Source: Eledone cirrhosa (taxonomy: Eukaryota). From it: a stretch of 64,000 bases of DNA. The notes under the pieces were generated by a model. The model made no database searches. It was given only the letters and a program-made list of their open reading frames with translations, and was not told where the DNA came from. Every line of letters starts with the position of its first letter. Within the stretch, counting starts at the first letter, position 1. Made by a program: the position numbers and the translations under genes. This document shows, piece by piece, positions 16,703-30,300 of the stretch. The stretch lies in assembly GCA_964016885.1 (NCBI GenBank), contig OZ024741.1:151280001-151344000 (forward strand). Direction: 5' to 3'.

Positions 16703-18004
16703 TTGTACCCAATATTTATTTTAAACAAAAAAAAAAAAAACAACATGGCTACGAAAAAGAAATTTCATAGGTCACTCCCACTCATTCCATCTTCTTCTTC
16801 CTCAATCATCACTACAGCAGAGAGAAGATTGTCTCTCTCCCTCCCTTCTTTAAATGAGTCTCTCTCCCTCCCTTCTCTTTCGCAAGCGACGAAAGAAAAG
16901 AAAAGTCTCGTGCAAAGCGTGCAAGGTTTCTCCACGACGACGACGACAACGACGAAACAGGTGTGCGGGAAATACGAAAACCCAGTTCATTCGTCTGACA
17001 TCAGGAATAATAGCAGTAGCAGCCGTAATAACAACGGCAACAGTGACAATGAAAACAACAGTAGCAGCCGCAACAGTATCACCAGCAGCATAAACAACAA
17101 CAGCATTAGCAGCAGCAACACAAACAACAACCACAGCAACAGCGGCGGAGGCAGTAGTCGTAGTACCTGCAGCAACAACAAAAGTAACAGCAGCTCTGAC
17201 GACAACAACAACAACAGCAACAAAGAAAACCCAATCTCATTTGCAGCTATTGCGAAAAACTTGGAAACAATCCTCATAACAAATGAGGAATTAGAGGAAG
17301 CGAAGAAGATGGTTACAAAGACTGGACACCGAGCAATCTGCAAGGCAGCGGAAATTTTTTTCGAAACCCAACAGCACTGTACGGTCACGTACCGTACAGT
17401 AAGTACAAAATCCCGTAGGGTGGAAAGAGCCACAGAGGCTCAAATACAAAAAGCCTTGGGGTCTGTGTGGCAGCGGAAAACGCACATCACCCGAGGCAAA
17501 AAATATGCCACCGTAGACGTACTTTCTGCCACACCCCAGGAGGCAAAGGCCCAATCCGTAGTGACCCTAAGGAGCGAGGAAATGGTGTTGGTGCCCTCCT
17601 ACTGCGGGCAAAAAATTGTGAGGGTCAAACTGACCCACGTCCCCCCCGGGATGGCCCCTTCTTGGCTGGCCGCGTCTGTCCTCGTCGGAATCGAGGACAA
17701 AACAACTGTACTGCAAGTACAGAAAAAAGTAAGAGAAGATTGGGTCGGCACCTCCATTGAGATGCTAATCCAAACCAACCAGGAGTGCATCGAAGCTATC
17801 CCGGATGTGATAGACTTCGATAACGGCACTCAACTGCCCATAAGTGTTGAGGGAAAACGCCCGAAATGCTTTCGCTGTGGATCGAAGACTCACCTCAGGG
17901 CCTTCTGCAACGGGAAGACCCTGAGAAAGGAGAACCCCCCCCCCCCTCCTTCCGAAACCGGCTCCACGGCTACCAGCAACAGGACAAGCGGCAACCAGGA
18001 ATGA
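16703..18004 (+). CDS. Tx1-like ORF1 (gag-like), likely ATG at 16745; C-terminal continuation broken up to ~18849
   Basis: S/N-rich N-terminus, ISFAAIAK motif, zinc knuckle CFRCGSKTHLRAFC. P/T-rich pieces follow in shifted frames (18012-18617). Confidence 0.8.
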   Translation: MYPIFILNKKKKNNMATKKKFHRSLPLIPSSSSSIITTAERRLSLSLPSLNESLSLPSLSQATKEKKSLVQSVQGFSTTTTTTTKQVCGKYENPVHSSDIRNNSSSSRNNNGNSDNENNSSSRNSITSSINNNSISSSNTNNNHSNSGGGSSRSTCSNNKSNSSSDDNNNNSNKENPISFAAIAKNLETILITNEELEEAKKMVTKTGHRAICKAAEIFFETQQHCTVTYRTVSTKSRRVERATEAQIQKALGSVWQRKTHITRGKKYATVDVLSATPQEAKAQSVVTLRSEEMVLVPSYCGQKIVRVKLTHVPPGMAPSWLAASVLVGIEDKTTVLQVQKKVREDWVGTSIEMLIQTNQECIEAIPDVIDFDNGTQLPISVEGKRPKCFRCGSKTHLRAFCNGKTLRKENPPPPPSETGSTATSNRTSGNQE

Positions 18005-18884
18005 TAGGTCCGTGGCACCCATACCCACGCCACGGAAATCAAAAACAGCAGCAGCAGTGGAAATATTAACAACAACAACAGCAATACCAAATGCAGCTGC
18101 AACAGAGACTCCAGTGCAAACATCACCAACAACAACAAGTGAAAGAGTGGAGCTGGTACCCCTCCCCGACCTCACAGAATCAGACATGGAGTGTGAGGTG
18201 GGAGAGAGATGGCAATAGGTCGTAAGAAGGCACAAACGCAGAAGCAGCGCATCGTCGCCTTTGAAAAGGGAGGAAAGAAATGAGAAAAGGGTAAAGTCTA
18301 CTGCAAAGAGACCCACAGCAGCAACACCACCAACACCATCACCACCCACACTAGCACCACCATCACCACCGGCGACAACCCCACCGCCAACAACACCTTC
18401 AACACCCCCACCACAAGCACCAACATCGCAAACACAACAACAAAACACACACACCCAGCAACAACGACAAGAAAATAGCAGAACCACACCCCACCCCCAG
18501 AAAAACAAATGCACGGCAATAAATACACACAACAAGAAACTAATGACTTACATAATTGAACACAGACATTTCACAACACGACTACATAATACCAGCACCA
18601 ATCAAAACGCCAACTAACATAAGACTGCTAAAAATAGCACAGAAACAATACACAAACATTAAAACGAAATTCACCAACGCAGTTGGTGATTTCAGGGACC
18701 TAGGAGGAACTATCAATCGAAGAGTATATTCAGACATTCTCATAGAAGAGCCGACGACCAGCCGAAGGGACGATTCAACGGTCCCTTCACCAGACGATCA
18801 AGTGAAAAGGGATGTAAAAACCATCCCTCCTCTAAGAAAAGTACGGTAAGTGGTCTTTCCCATCTTTTCCACTCTATTTTAAAC

Positions 18885-21800
18885 ATGACCTCACTCAGAA
18901 TAGGCAGCATAAATGCGCGTGGCTTGGGGTCGTCATGGAAGCAGGGTCACCTGCTCAACGACCTCAGGTCACTAAACATAGATGTAGTGGCTATCAGCGA
19001 GACCAGAATCTCCGAAGCACGGGCCTTCGCACCGATCTTCGGCAGCTACGATGTGTACGCATCTCCCAGCCGTCCTGGATCGGGGGGGAGGAGTTGCTCT
19101 GCTTTTTCGGAGAGGTTTGGATCTCGCCATACGGGCCATCTTCTTGGACCCAGAGGGTAAGCTGGTGGTGCTGGACGTGACCAGCGGAGACGGGCAAGCT
19201 TTCAGGCTAGTGGCCGTCTATGCCCCGACAGGAGCAGGGCGGCCTGATTTCTTCCGGCGTCTGGAGACCTTTCTTGGAACGTCCCACTCTTTAGTGTTAG
19301 TGGGCGACTGGAACGGGATCTTAGATGCACGCTGGGACTGTGTGGGATTAGCGGATAGGGGTGGAGGGTGCAAGAGCCTCACCAACCTGCTCAGGCGTTT
19401 TGAACTGTCTGACAGGTACCGATTGGATTTCCCGAATGTGCCAATGTGGACTTGGACAAATCGCATAGGGTCATCCAGATCATATCTAGATAGAGTATTT
19501 TGTAGGGAAATAGATAGGTCTAGCATAGGCTGTCCACAATTCAAGATAGTTAGCTACACGGACCACAAATTCGTGATCTGTGTGCTTGACTTAGATAGGC
19601 TTCATAGACGAGGACCCGGCTACTGGAAGCTAAACGCGTCCTTACTAGCGCGCAAGGCCTACAGAGACCGGATTAGCGAACTAGTTAAGCGGGCGTTGAC
19701 GTGGGCCATCGTCAACAACAAGTGGTGGTTTGCTCTGAAAAGAGCGATTAGAATAAAATCCATTAGGTTTAGTAAGGCTTTAGCAATAGAGAAAAATAGA
19801 GCAGAGGGAGAACTAGTTAGAAAATTAGACGAGGCGCTTAGCAAAGGCATTGCGACCGACGTGCTTGCGGCGAAATTGGCCCTTGACCAATTCTTCAATG
19901 CAAAGCACGAAGGCTGCGTTGTCAGAGCAAGGGTGCGTGCTCTCAGACACGAGGGGACGAAAGCCGTTCAATGGGCCCGATTGGCAGAGGCGCGTCGTGG
20001 CAACAAAGCCACGATCCGGTCTTTGGTGGACCACGACGGGCGCATGCTACTCGATCCCGGGCAAATGTGTGAAGCTTTTCAGCGACACTTCGCTCAGCTG
20101 TTCGGGGGCAGCGGTGGGCCGGGTCGAGGGATGGACTTTAGTGTCTACCTCGACGGACTGCCGCGGCTCTCGGCCACTGAGGCGAAGTGTTGCGAAAAGC
20201 CGATAACAGCCGCTGAAGTAAGGGAGGCAATGACTGGCTGCACAAGGGGTAAATCTCCTGGTTTGGATGGTCTGCTCTATGAACTTTACGTACAGATGCC
20301 AGACTTGTTCGGAGGCCTCTTGGCGGACGTCTACTGCAACTGGCAACATAACGGGAGAATTCCCAGTTCTGTGAGCCGAGGAGCGGTGGCACTGCTGAGA
20401 AAGGATCCGAACAAGGGGGATAACATAGATAATTTCCGGCCCATAACTCTGCTAAACACAGAGTTCAAGATTTTGGCCAAGGTACTAGCAAAGAGGTTGG
20501 CGCTCGTCGTTGGTGGTCTGGTGGGAGAGGCGCAGACATGCGCCATTCCCGACAGATCCATCCACGACAACCTCCACCTCATGCGATACATCGTAGAGAG
20601 GGTAGCTAAGGAACCTGGCACGGGTGGGTCCTTGATCAATTTAGATCAGTCGAAAGCTTTCGATAGAGTCGACCATCGTTACCTAGCGGCAGTCCTGAGG
20701 GCGGCTGGCTTTGGGCCCGTCTTCAGAGGCTGGATCGCTGCCATGCACAGCGACATCTGCTCTGTGGTGAGAGTGAACGGTCACCTGTCGGAACCGTTCA
20801 ACATCATGCACTCGGTCCGCCAAGGATGTCCCCTTTCGTCCCTCTTGTACGTATTGACTCTCGAGCCATTACTGCACAAACTGGAGACGTTGAGGGGCGT
20901 CCCGCGCGAACTAGGATGCGGAAGATCCGTGTCAGCATATGCGGACGATGTCACCGTAGTGGTGTCGAACGCCAAACACATCGAGGCGATCGGCACTACA
21001 CTAAGAGAATACGAAGCGGTGACAGGAGCAATGATCAACCAGGAAAATTCAGTGGGCCTGCAGCTCGGCACCTGGAGAAGCAGGTCCATGCCGTCCAACA
21101 GCGTCGTCGGACGCTGGACGGACGGAGCGGTTAAATTGCTAGGGGTCTGGTTCGGTCCGGACCTCCAGACGGACAAAAACTGGGACGAGGTGACGAGCAG
21201 GGTGGCTTCTCTCACCCAGAAATGGGCGGAGAGAAGCTATCATTGAAAGGCCGAGCGGAGGTGGCTAACGCGTACATCGCGTCTGTCATCTGCTACCGCC
21301 TGACCGTCGTACCTTGTCCTAAGCCTCGCTTGACTGCGCTGGAGCGTTTGCTCTTTCGCTTTATGTGGAAGGGACGCGCTCCGATGGTCAGGCGGTCCAT
21401 TTGTTGTCAACACCCGCTACGTGGAGGGCTGGGCATGCCGTGGCTGATGATGCGCAGGCACGCGCTCAGGCTACGACATCTCCACCTCTTCCTCGACGGT
21501 GATCAGGTGTGGTCGCCGTTTGCTAGACACGTATTTCCCCAGCTCGTTTCCTTGACGGAGCTGCAGTCCTGGGTCAAGCGAAGACCGAGAGGGAGCGCCT
21601 GGAGACTGGAATGTCTTCAGGCGCTCACAGCACTCGACCAATCGGGCAAGGTGATCGGTGGAAACTCCACCTCGGCGTTCTATAGAGGATTAGTGGAGGG
21701 GAAGAGCGACGACGTACTTGGGGAAACTCTAGGCGTCGACGAAAATCAACTAGCCAATCTCTTCGGAAGAACTTTCGGGCCAGGGCCTATGGACAACTTC

Positions 21801-22304
21801 CAGAAATCTCTGGCCTGGCAGTGCTACCGAGGAGCCTTGCCAGTTCGGGATAAACTCTACAGGCATGGAGGTGCCGTCAGTCGGGCGTGTCCGAGATGCG
21901 GGCAGGGCGACGAAACCGTCCTGCACGCACTCGTCCAGTGTCCGAAAATTGCTGACTTGTGGGTTTATGTCGAACACCTGCTGTCGCGTTTAGGACGGAT
22001 CCGGCTATCATCTGAGTCCATCGTGAGGATTGCCCCGCCCTCCTCCTTTAGCCGGGAAGGGCAGGCAGTTTTTATCTGTCTGGTGGCCATGGCGAAAGAG
22101 ATAGTATGGTGGACACGTTTGAAAGGGCTGAAGACGAGCACTTACCTCTTCGGTGATGCTCTGATTGACTTTTTCAAATTTCATTTGAAAAGGAAAATCA
22201 GAGTAGAGAGGGAAGTGCTCTCTTCCCAGCATTTTGTTGAAAGATGGGTGAGAGAAGCAAGAATGGCCCGAGTGAATGGGCCTACTCTGAGTATATATCT
22301 GTAA
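18885..22304 (+). pseudogene. Tx1-like ORF2: apurinic endonuclease, reverse transcriptase and C-terminal CCHC; two frameshifts (~19085, ~21230)
   Basis: SINARGL, ISETR, VGDWN, SYLDR, TDHK (APE); KSPGLDG, FRPITLLN, DQSKAFDRVDH, VRQGCPLS, YADD (RT); CPRCGQGDETVLHALVQC. Confidence 0.92.
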
Positions 22305-22554
22305 TATTAAGGTGGAAAACTGGGAGAGGGCACTTGCCTTGGTGGTCAGGGTCATTGTGGCTTTTTACTGGGCTTTTTCCACAAATGTCCCTCCGAAGTC
22401 TCCCCCCTATTGGGGAATTTTTCATTGTTATTTTTGTTACATCCTCTGTTTTTGTTTTTTACACGCAGAAATACCCATTTGTACCGTCCTGTATTGTCCT
22501 GCACTGTCCTTAATGTCTACTTTATGTAAACCCTAGTGGTTAATAAAGAAATCA

Positions 22555-22592
<38 letters not shown>

Positions 22593-23777
22593 GATGTGAA
22601 CAATTTCTGAAGAAATTATAAATTAGTGATAGCGAAATATATTTTTAATATTTCTATGTCTTTTTATATATATCTATATATTTATAGGTTTTTTTAATGT
22701 CTTTTTTTTTCACAAAATATATATGAGAAAAAATATAATAAAACAATTATTAATATCATACCAACATTTGAACAAAAAACCAAAAAAAAAAAACGAAACA
22801 GAACATGGTCACTGAAAATAACAACAACAACAATGAACAAAATAAAATAAAACATAACTACTGAATTAGCAACAACAACAAAAGTGAACAAAATAAAATA
22901 TATAATGAGTAAAAAAAAACGTCGACAAAAAGAACATAAATGAAACGACAGCAAATACCAGCAAATACCAATTACATCCAGTTTTGGGGGGATCAGTGAT
23001 GCTTATATATTTTTTCTTCAATTCCATTTTGCATTTCCGTCATTATATATTTTGTTTGTTTTATAAAAACACATACCGTCATTAAGGAAATACAAATAAA
23101 TTATTAATTCTAGTCAAGATTTTAATTGGCCGATTATATTATTTTATTTATATTATTTGTATATATTTGTATTTTATTAATTGTGGGAACATCAAGTATC
23201 ACATGGTTTACATCAATATGGAGTCAATATACTGAGGAGCCAAACCACCAATCAATATGATAATGTATTTGGCCATTTGGTGTAAACGTATGTACAGCTA
23301 AACGACAACATAATCACAAATCTTTTTCATATTAACTCATTCACCATTCGATATATGGCAGAATGAAAGCGATCTGAACACAGAGTGCAGAGAATGAATA
23401 GCTAGCCATGTCAAGCGACTCTCTAAAATTTAGCTAATATCACACACTCAAACACACGCAGACACGCACACACTCACACACACACGCAGACATGTACACG
23501 CACATATACGCGCACACACACAAGGACACACATACGGACACACGCTCATACACACACACACAAGGACACACATACGGACACACGCTCATACACACACACA
23601 CATACATACGCGCGCACATATAAATATATATTTGAAAACCTGAAAATCCTAAACGTGAGAGACCTATAAAAAATAACTGTAATAACAGTCAATCATCATA
23701 GATATAATCGATAAATTACCTTTTGACACGGAAACCTGTGGATAGAAACCCTCAATGCTTCAATATTTCATAAGGTT

Positions 23778-23809
<32 letters not shown>

Positions 23810-23819
23810 TATGCCCATG

Positions 23820-24979
23820 TATGAGGTTTTTCCCACAAGTAAGGAAACTGATGTTTTATTTAATTGTATGTTAGATGTACATGAAATTAGAAGTTGTTTC
23901 CTTCAAAATACGACCCTTGGGAAATCATACAGTGGCTCAATCGACCTTAACTCGTTGGTTAAAATTTGTGTATGTTTTCCACAGTCCAAAAATGATGAGC
24001 CTTCAACTTCAATTTCAACTTAAGAAAGAGGCATAAATCATACGACCTAGATCTAGGCTGCAGGGAGGATGTGGAAGAGTGGAAATGTTTTTCTTTACCA
24101 TATATTCTCTAATTGAATGCGGTGTGTGAACAGAAGCATTGTTTTGGTGCAGTACCCAATCTCCCACAGTGTGCTTTCGGGTTCGTTGGAGCAGTTTTCG
24201 AAGTCGTTCCAAGACATCTTTGTAGAAGATGCGATTAAATATCTGTACTATAGGTAAACATTCTCTGTGAACAATACCACAACAGTCGTTTTCACCCAGG
24301 ATGTGCTCGTGCATGCTTTCTTCGGACAAGGAGAATTTTTCATGCATCACTCCTCATTTTGCCGTTATGTCTCTGGATGGTACTCGAACACCCACCATTC
24401 ATCACCTGTTATTATGTTGTCCAAGAAATTTGGCTGAATTTCGTGTCTTTCTAGCAAATCTTGAAAGGTTTCCTCTGGTGCGCTTTTTGCTACACAGATA
24501 CATTTTTCGCATGTGCAAAGGGTCTACTAAAATTGTGTGAACTGTATTTTTATCCAAATCCAAGCCCGTTTCTTCTGCAATCACCCTAACACTTTATCGG
24601 CGATCTCTCGCCATCACTGCTCGTATCACTTCTACATTTTGCTTTTCAACATTTTTTTGGACTCATTTGGAAGCTTTGTGCCACTTAAAATCTTACTTCT
24701 CCATAGACTGGCATCTCCATAAGCTTGTGTTAAAGAATTAAATTGTTTCAGTGGCAGATTTGTTGAGTTCCAATCAATTTCTGATCACATAGCGTTGTTC
24801 GATGGTTTCCTGCATCGCAAACGTAACAGATGTTATAACAACGTCTGTGCATAAACAGCAATAACGCACGACATATTCACGTCTATACGTGCAGCCAAGA
24901 TCATAAACAACAGGTCTGTATACATCAACAAGGTGCTGTGTTAACAAGTCGTACTTTTACTTTTGGGAAAAACTTCGAA
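23820..24979 (-). mobile_element. Decayed mariner (Tc1/mariner) transposon
   Basis: Imperfect TIRs gaggtttttcccacaagtaa / ttacttttgggaaaaacttc. Fragments IAEETGL..TVHTIL (HTH), WVLHQNNASVHT and LPHPPCSLDL (YSPDL-like). Confidence 0.8.
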
Positions 24980-25289
24980 CGTATGTATGAAAGAAGGATT
25001 TGCTTTGAAGCTCGGAGGAACAATGTGACTAAATTGGTAATAATGAAATTTGTGTACTTGTTTTCACCAAGCTCGTCAATTGACATAATAGAAGAATAAT
25101 GAAAGCAACAACCATAACAACAAAGGTAATAACACATTATCCCTGCCTACACAACTAATATTATATATAAGATTGTTAACGAAGTGGCAAGGTCTAAAAT
25201 GATGGTATGATTGATAGATATCTATTAATTTAAGTGTTCTAGTAATGGTTTCTCCGTTCTTGCTCTTTTCAGTTATTTCTTTTTGTGCA

Positions 25290-25830
25290 CTGGTTTTGCA
25301 TGAAATTGCTGTTATAGTTATGGGTGTTGTCGTTTGATGATGTTGACGCTCTTGTTGTTGGGAGTGGTTTTATTCATGTTGGGGCTGGTGACAGCGTTGG
25401 CGTTTGTGTTTGTGGTGGAGTTAGTGTTGGTGTTTCTGAATGGGTTGTTGTTAGTGTTGGTATTGGTGTTCATGCTGGTATTTGTGATTGAGTTGTTGTT
25501 AGTGTTGTTGTGGTATTGGTGTTATTGATGATGATATTGCTATTTGTTATGTTGGTACTGGTGAGTGTGTTAGTGTTGGTGTTTCTAATTGGGTTGTTCT
25601 TTGTACTGATGTTTCTGATTGCATTGGCCTTAATATTGGTATTTTTATAGGTGTAAGTGTTTTTTATAGGTGTTAGAGTTGGTGGTGATGATGATTTTGA
25701 TGTGTCGGTGTTGATGATGATTACTGGTAAACTTGTCGTTTCAGTTATCATTATTTTTGGTGGTGATGTTGGTGCTATTGATAGTAGTGTTATTCATTGT
25801 GATGTTGTTGGCGTTGTTGCAGCTGTTCCT
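25290..25830. repeat. GT-rich low-complexity (TGT/TGG)n-like tract
   Basis: Degenerate trinucleotide repeats that generate spurious hydrophobic ORFs. Confidence 0.6.
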
Positions 25831-26004
25831 TCTAAATGAGAGCAGTTCAGTGATTTGATATTTGATCCAGGGCTCTCCCTTGCCAGAGGAACTACTTCAT
25901 ACACAATCAGTAACCGCGCTTATTTGAAACGAATATTAACCAAAGAATAACATTAATTTTCTCTCACAACAGATATTTCTAGTCATCATGTGTTCCCTAT
26001 ACTA

Positions 26005-26268
26005 ACAATTATAACACTATCACAACAATTATAACACTATCACAACAATTATAACACTATCACAACAATTATAACACTATCACAACAACACTATCACAAC
26101 AATTATAACACTATCACAACAATTATAACACTATCACAACAACACTATCACAACAATTATAACACTATCACAACAACACTATCACAACAATTATAACACT
26201 ATCACAACAATTATAACACTATCACAACAATTATAACACTATCACAACAATTATAACATTATCATAAC
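26005..26268. repeat. 20-bp minisatellite (acaattataacactatcaca)n
   Basis: More than 10 copies, some with an internal deletion. Confidence 0.9.
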
Positions 26269-26425
26269 TATTGCTTTGCATACGGATATGCTGACCTTAT
26301 GTAGATATGTCTAATCCCGAATAAATTTATAAATTTTACTCTAGTCTCTGAGGTTTGAAACGTTCGTACAGTTGGAGAGTGATATATTCAATTTGTAGTC
26401 TAGATAGTAAAATGTAATTAATTTA

Positions 26426-27065
26426 CCGTATATGCCGGTGTACAAGTTGACACTTGGGTCCTAACATATCTCTCCAAAACTAGAGGTCGACTTGTCCGCC
26501 GAATATAAAATGTGAAGCTTTACCACTGAGGGGTAAAGAGCTAAACTGACCGCCTCACACAAACGTTGTACACCATAACTCTAGCAGCTCACCACAATTA
26601 TTTCCTACTGAATCTCATATGTGTTAAGTCCATTTAACGTAGAGATTATAATAATTGTTTCTACTTTGGGCACAAGGCCAGCAATTATCCCAGTGCATCA
26701 CTGGTACTTTATTTTATCGACCCCGTAAGGATGAAAGGCAAAGTTAACCTCGGCAGTATTGGAACTCAATATTAATGACTTGTAGCTCACATGATAGGTA
26801 TCAATAGGTTCCTTAAGGTTAGGCTAGGTTGGTTTACTCAGTGAGTTAGAATTCACTTGCAACTGAAGTGTTTTAGAAGTGTCTTAGCCACTAAATATTT
26901 TTGAATTATTTTCCCTTGCAACTACCTTATACATATATATATATTTTTTTTTTGGGGGGGGGGGGGTCGTCTTATCCGGCGTATATAGGCCAAAACCTGA
27001 ATAAGACCTTAGAATTTCATGGGTCGACCTATGCGCTAGATCAACTTGTACGCCGGCATATACGG
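26426..27065. mobile_element. Non-autonomous Tc1/mariner-superfamily (Tc2/pogo-like) MITE with nested SINE (26655-26770, -)
   Basis: TIRs ccgtatatgccggtgtacaagttga / tcaacttgtacgccggcatatacgg; TA on both sides. Confidence 0.8.
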
Positions 27066-27392
27066 TATTATTCTATGGATTAGCTATATACCTATCAAGC
27101 GACGGACGGAATGACCGATTTACCTACCCACCTACTTATCCAACCACCTACCTACCAACATACCTATCCACCCTCCCACTTACCTATCTACTTACCTACA
27201 TACCTATCCACCATCTTGCCTACCTACCTACCTACCTACCTACCTACCTACCTATATATCTACCTACGTATCTACCTACCTATATACCTACCTACGTATC
27301 TACCTAGCTACCAAGTGGATAAATAGCTAACTAGCTACCTAGCTATCTACCTACCTACCTACAAACCTACCTACCGACTTATCTATCTATCT

Positions 27393-30300
27393 CCGGATGG
27401 CATAGACGTGCTTCACATCGGCTCCTGAAGTATTGGAGATATTACGTGTTAACAGTAAGCGTTTGTCTGTATACTTGCGTTATTGTGTTAATTAACCCCC
27501 TTGCCTTGGTCTTAGAACATTAGGGTTAATTTATTTCACCCCTTTTGGGGTGAAATCTTTCATCCTAAAAATCTTGTAATTGTCTCTACGCTAGTGGTAA
27601 TGGAAGCCATTACCACAGGTAACGATGACACGCCCACTAAACAAACTGAAAGAGAGCGGGTAGCGGGTGCAACAAGCCTCCCCACTGAAAGAATAATAAT
27701 TATTAGAAACATTGAAAAAATGGAACCTAACCCTAATGAAAAAAATGTGAAAAAAATTGACTCGGAGAAATTACCAACATTAATGGATGCCGTTTCGACT
27801 TTTCACGGTGCCACGCCCACCAGCAAAGGTGAAAGAGAACGAGTAGCTGTGACTACAAGTCTCTCGGATACTGAAAATATAAGTGAACATTTTGAAAAAT
27901 TGGAGTCTAACCCCAACGGGGAAAAAATGTGAACGCATACACCAACATAAATAACACAAACACAACAAAAAATGAAAATTGTAACAACAAAAAACAAGAA
28001 AACAACCACATTTCTACAAATGTAAACAAAGAGGGGGCGAACAAAATGACGTTCGCTCAAACTACCAAAAAAACCATTGTGTATGAAGCTATTAACATTT
28101 CGAACATGGCCCAGCAAATGGAAAATGCACGAAATATATAACTTTGGAGGAGAATCGTATATTTTCTTTAAATTCTCCCCCGGAGCTAAACAAGAAAAAT
28201 AGCTTAAAAACTATTATTTATAGGACAATATCCAACAAAACCCGTAAGCCAGTACAACTCACACAGACAGAGATTGAACTGGCTTTAAAAGATCATCTGA
28301 AAAACATTGTATTCATTCAGAATGATAGACTCTACGGTAGTCTATCCATCCCGGATAGGGATGTGGACCTCGGTCCATATCTCGACGGCCTGCCACGTCT
28401 TTCGGACGAGGAGGCGAAGTCCTGCGTGAGGCCGATCTCAGCTGCTGAAACAGGGGACCTGCTGAGCCAATGCGGCAGACGCAAATCTCCGGGCCTCGAT
28501 TGTCTTCCATACGAACTGTATTTAAGTATGTCGGACTTGTTCTTCGATCTCCTCGAGTCGGTCTACTGCAACTGGCCACAGAACGGGAGAATTCCCTGTT
28601 CTGTGACCAAGGGCGTAGTCTCGCTAGTGAGGAAGGACGAGAACAAGGGGGATGAAATAAGTAATTTTAGATCCATAACTCTGCTAAATGCAGGGTTAAA
28701 TATTTTGGCCAAGGTGTTAGCAAAGAGGTTAGCGCTTGTCGTGGGCAACCTGGTGGGAGATGCGCAGACATGCGCCATCCCGTCCAGGTCCATTCACGAC
28801 AACCTCTATCTCATGCGATACATCATAGAGAGGGTTGAGAACGAACCCGGCTTTGGTGGGGCTCTGATCAACTTGGATCGATCTAAGGCGTTCGATAGGG
28901 TCGACCATGGTTACCTGGATGCGGTGCTAGTGGCGGCAGGTTTCGGACCCGTTTTCAGGGGCTGGATCACTGCCATGCACAGCAGCCGCATCTGCTCTAG
29001 GGTCATGGTGAACGGCTACCTCTCGAAGCCGTTCGAAATCACGCGGTCTATCCGTCAGGGATGCCCTCTCTCCTCCCTTCTGTATGTATTGGCCCTAGAG
29101 CCACTGATGCAGAAGTTGGAGTTTTTACAGGGCGTCCCTTTGGAACCGGGATTGCGGAAAGCGGTGTCGGCCTACGCCGATGACGTGACAGTAATGGTGT
29201 CAACCGCTTCGGAAATCGGGGTGATCGGCACCTTACTGGGGGAGTACGAAAAGTGTATAGGGGCTAAGCTGAATCGGGACAAGTCAGTCGGTTTGCAACT
29301 CGGCGAGTGGAGGTGCAAACCGATGGCCTCCAACGGCGTCGTCGAACGTTGGATGGAGGGCACGCTGAAGTTGCTCGGGGTCTGGTTTGGGCCAGACCTC
29401 CGGGTGGACAAGAACTGGGGTGAGGTATTGAACAGGCTGTTTGCGCTGATGCAGAAGTGGGCTGAGTGCAAACTATCCCTGAAAGGTCGGGTGGAGGTGG
29501 CGAACGCTTACATAGCGTCCGTCATCTATTACCGCCTGACCGTCGTGCCTTGCCCAAGGGAAACGCTCACCAAAATGGAGCGCGCACTCTTCCAATTCCT
29601 TTGGAAGAAGCGGGCTCCTTTGGTGAGGAGATCCATCGAAAGGAGGGCTGGGGATGCCATTAAGGCTACGGCACCACCAGGTATTCCTCACCGGTCAATC
29701 GGTGTAGGCCCCGTTTGTGAGGCGAGCCTTTCCGAGACTCGTCTCGCTCACCGTGCTGCAGTCCTGGGTCAAACAAAGACCGAGAAAACTGGGCACCTTG
29801 CACACCGAGTGTGCCCAGGCGCTCACGGCTCTCTGGCAGGCGGACCCGGCTATCGGTAGAGACTCCACCTCGTCATTCTATAGAGGGCTGGTGGTTAGTG
29901 GGTGGGACGACGCCCTCGGACAATCCCTAGGCATGGAAGAAGACGAACTGGCCTACCTATTCGGGAGAACATTTGGCCCGGGACCTATGGACAACTTCCA
30001 GAGTCCCCTGCCCTGGCAGTGCTACCGAGGGGCGCTGCCCGCTCGAGAAAAGCTCTACAGACACGGGCGCCTGAGTAGGGACCCCTCGAAAGAAAATCTG
30101 TCCCAGATGCGTGCGCGACTAGGAAACCGTTGCGTACGCATTGGTACAATGCTCGGGCGTTGCCGATCTGTGGGGCTATGTCGAAAGACTGCTGTCACGG
30201 GTGGGACCAATCCGATTGACCACCGAATCCATTGTAACGATCAAGTCGCCTCCCCCTTCAAAAATGAAGGAGAGGTGGTCTTCCTCTGTGTAATAGCCAT

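Larger units (their letters stand above)
16523..22552 (+). mobile_element. Near full-length Tx1-like (L1 clade) LINE flanked by (ATT)n
   Basis: 5' UTR, ORF1 with CCHC knuckle, ORF2 with APE-RT-zinc finger, 3' UTR with AATAAA at 22542. (TTA)n at 16450-16522 and 22558-22592. Confidence 0.92.

Noticed and set aside
17765-18535. 256-aa minus-strand ORF and other antisense ORFs within the LINEs
   Set aside because: Shadow frames of low-complexity or GC-rich LINE coding sequence.
26005-26268. 20-bp repeat as a CRISPR array
   Set aside because: Repeats are contiguous with no spacers; this is an ordinary minisatellite.
26345-26370. ctgaggtttgaaacgttc as a hammerhead; similarly ctggtga...gagac at ~61996-62055
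   Set aside because: Core incomplete or doubly mutated, and stems could not be paired convincingly.
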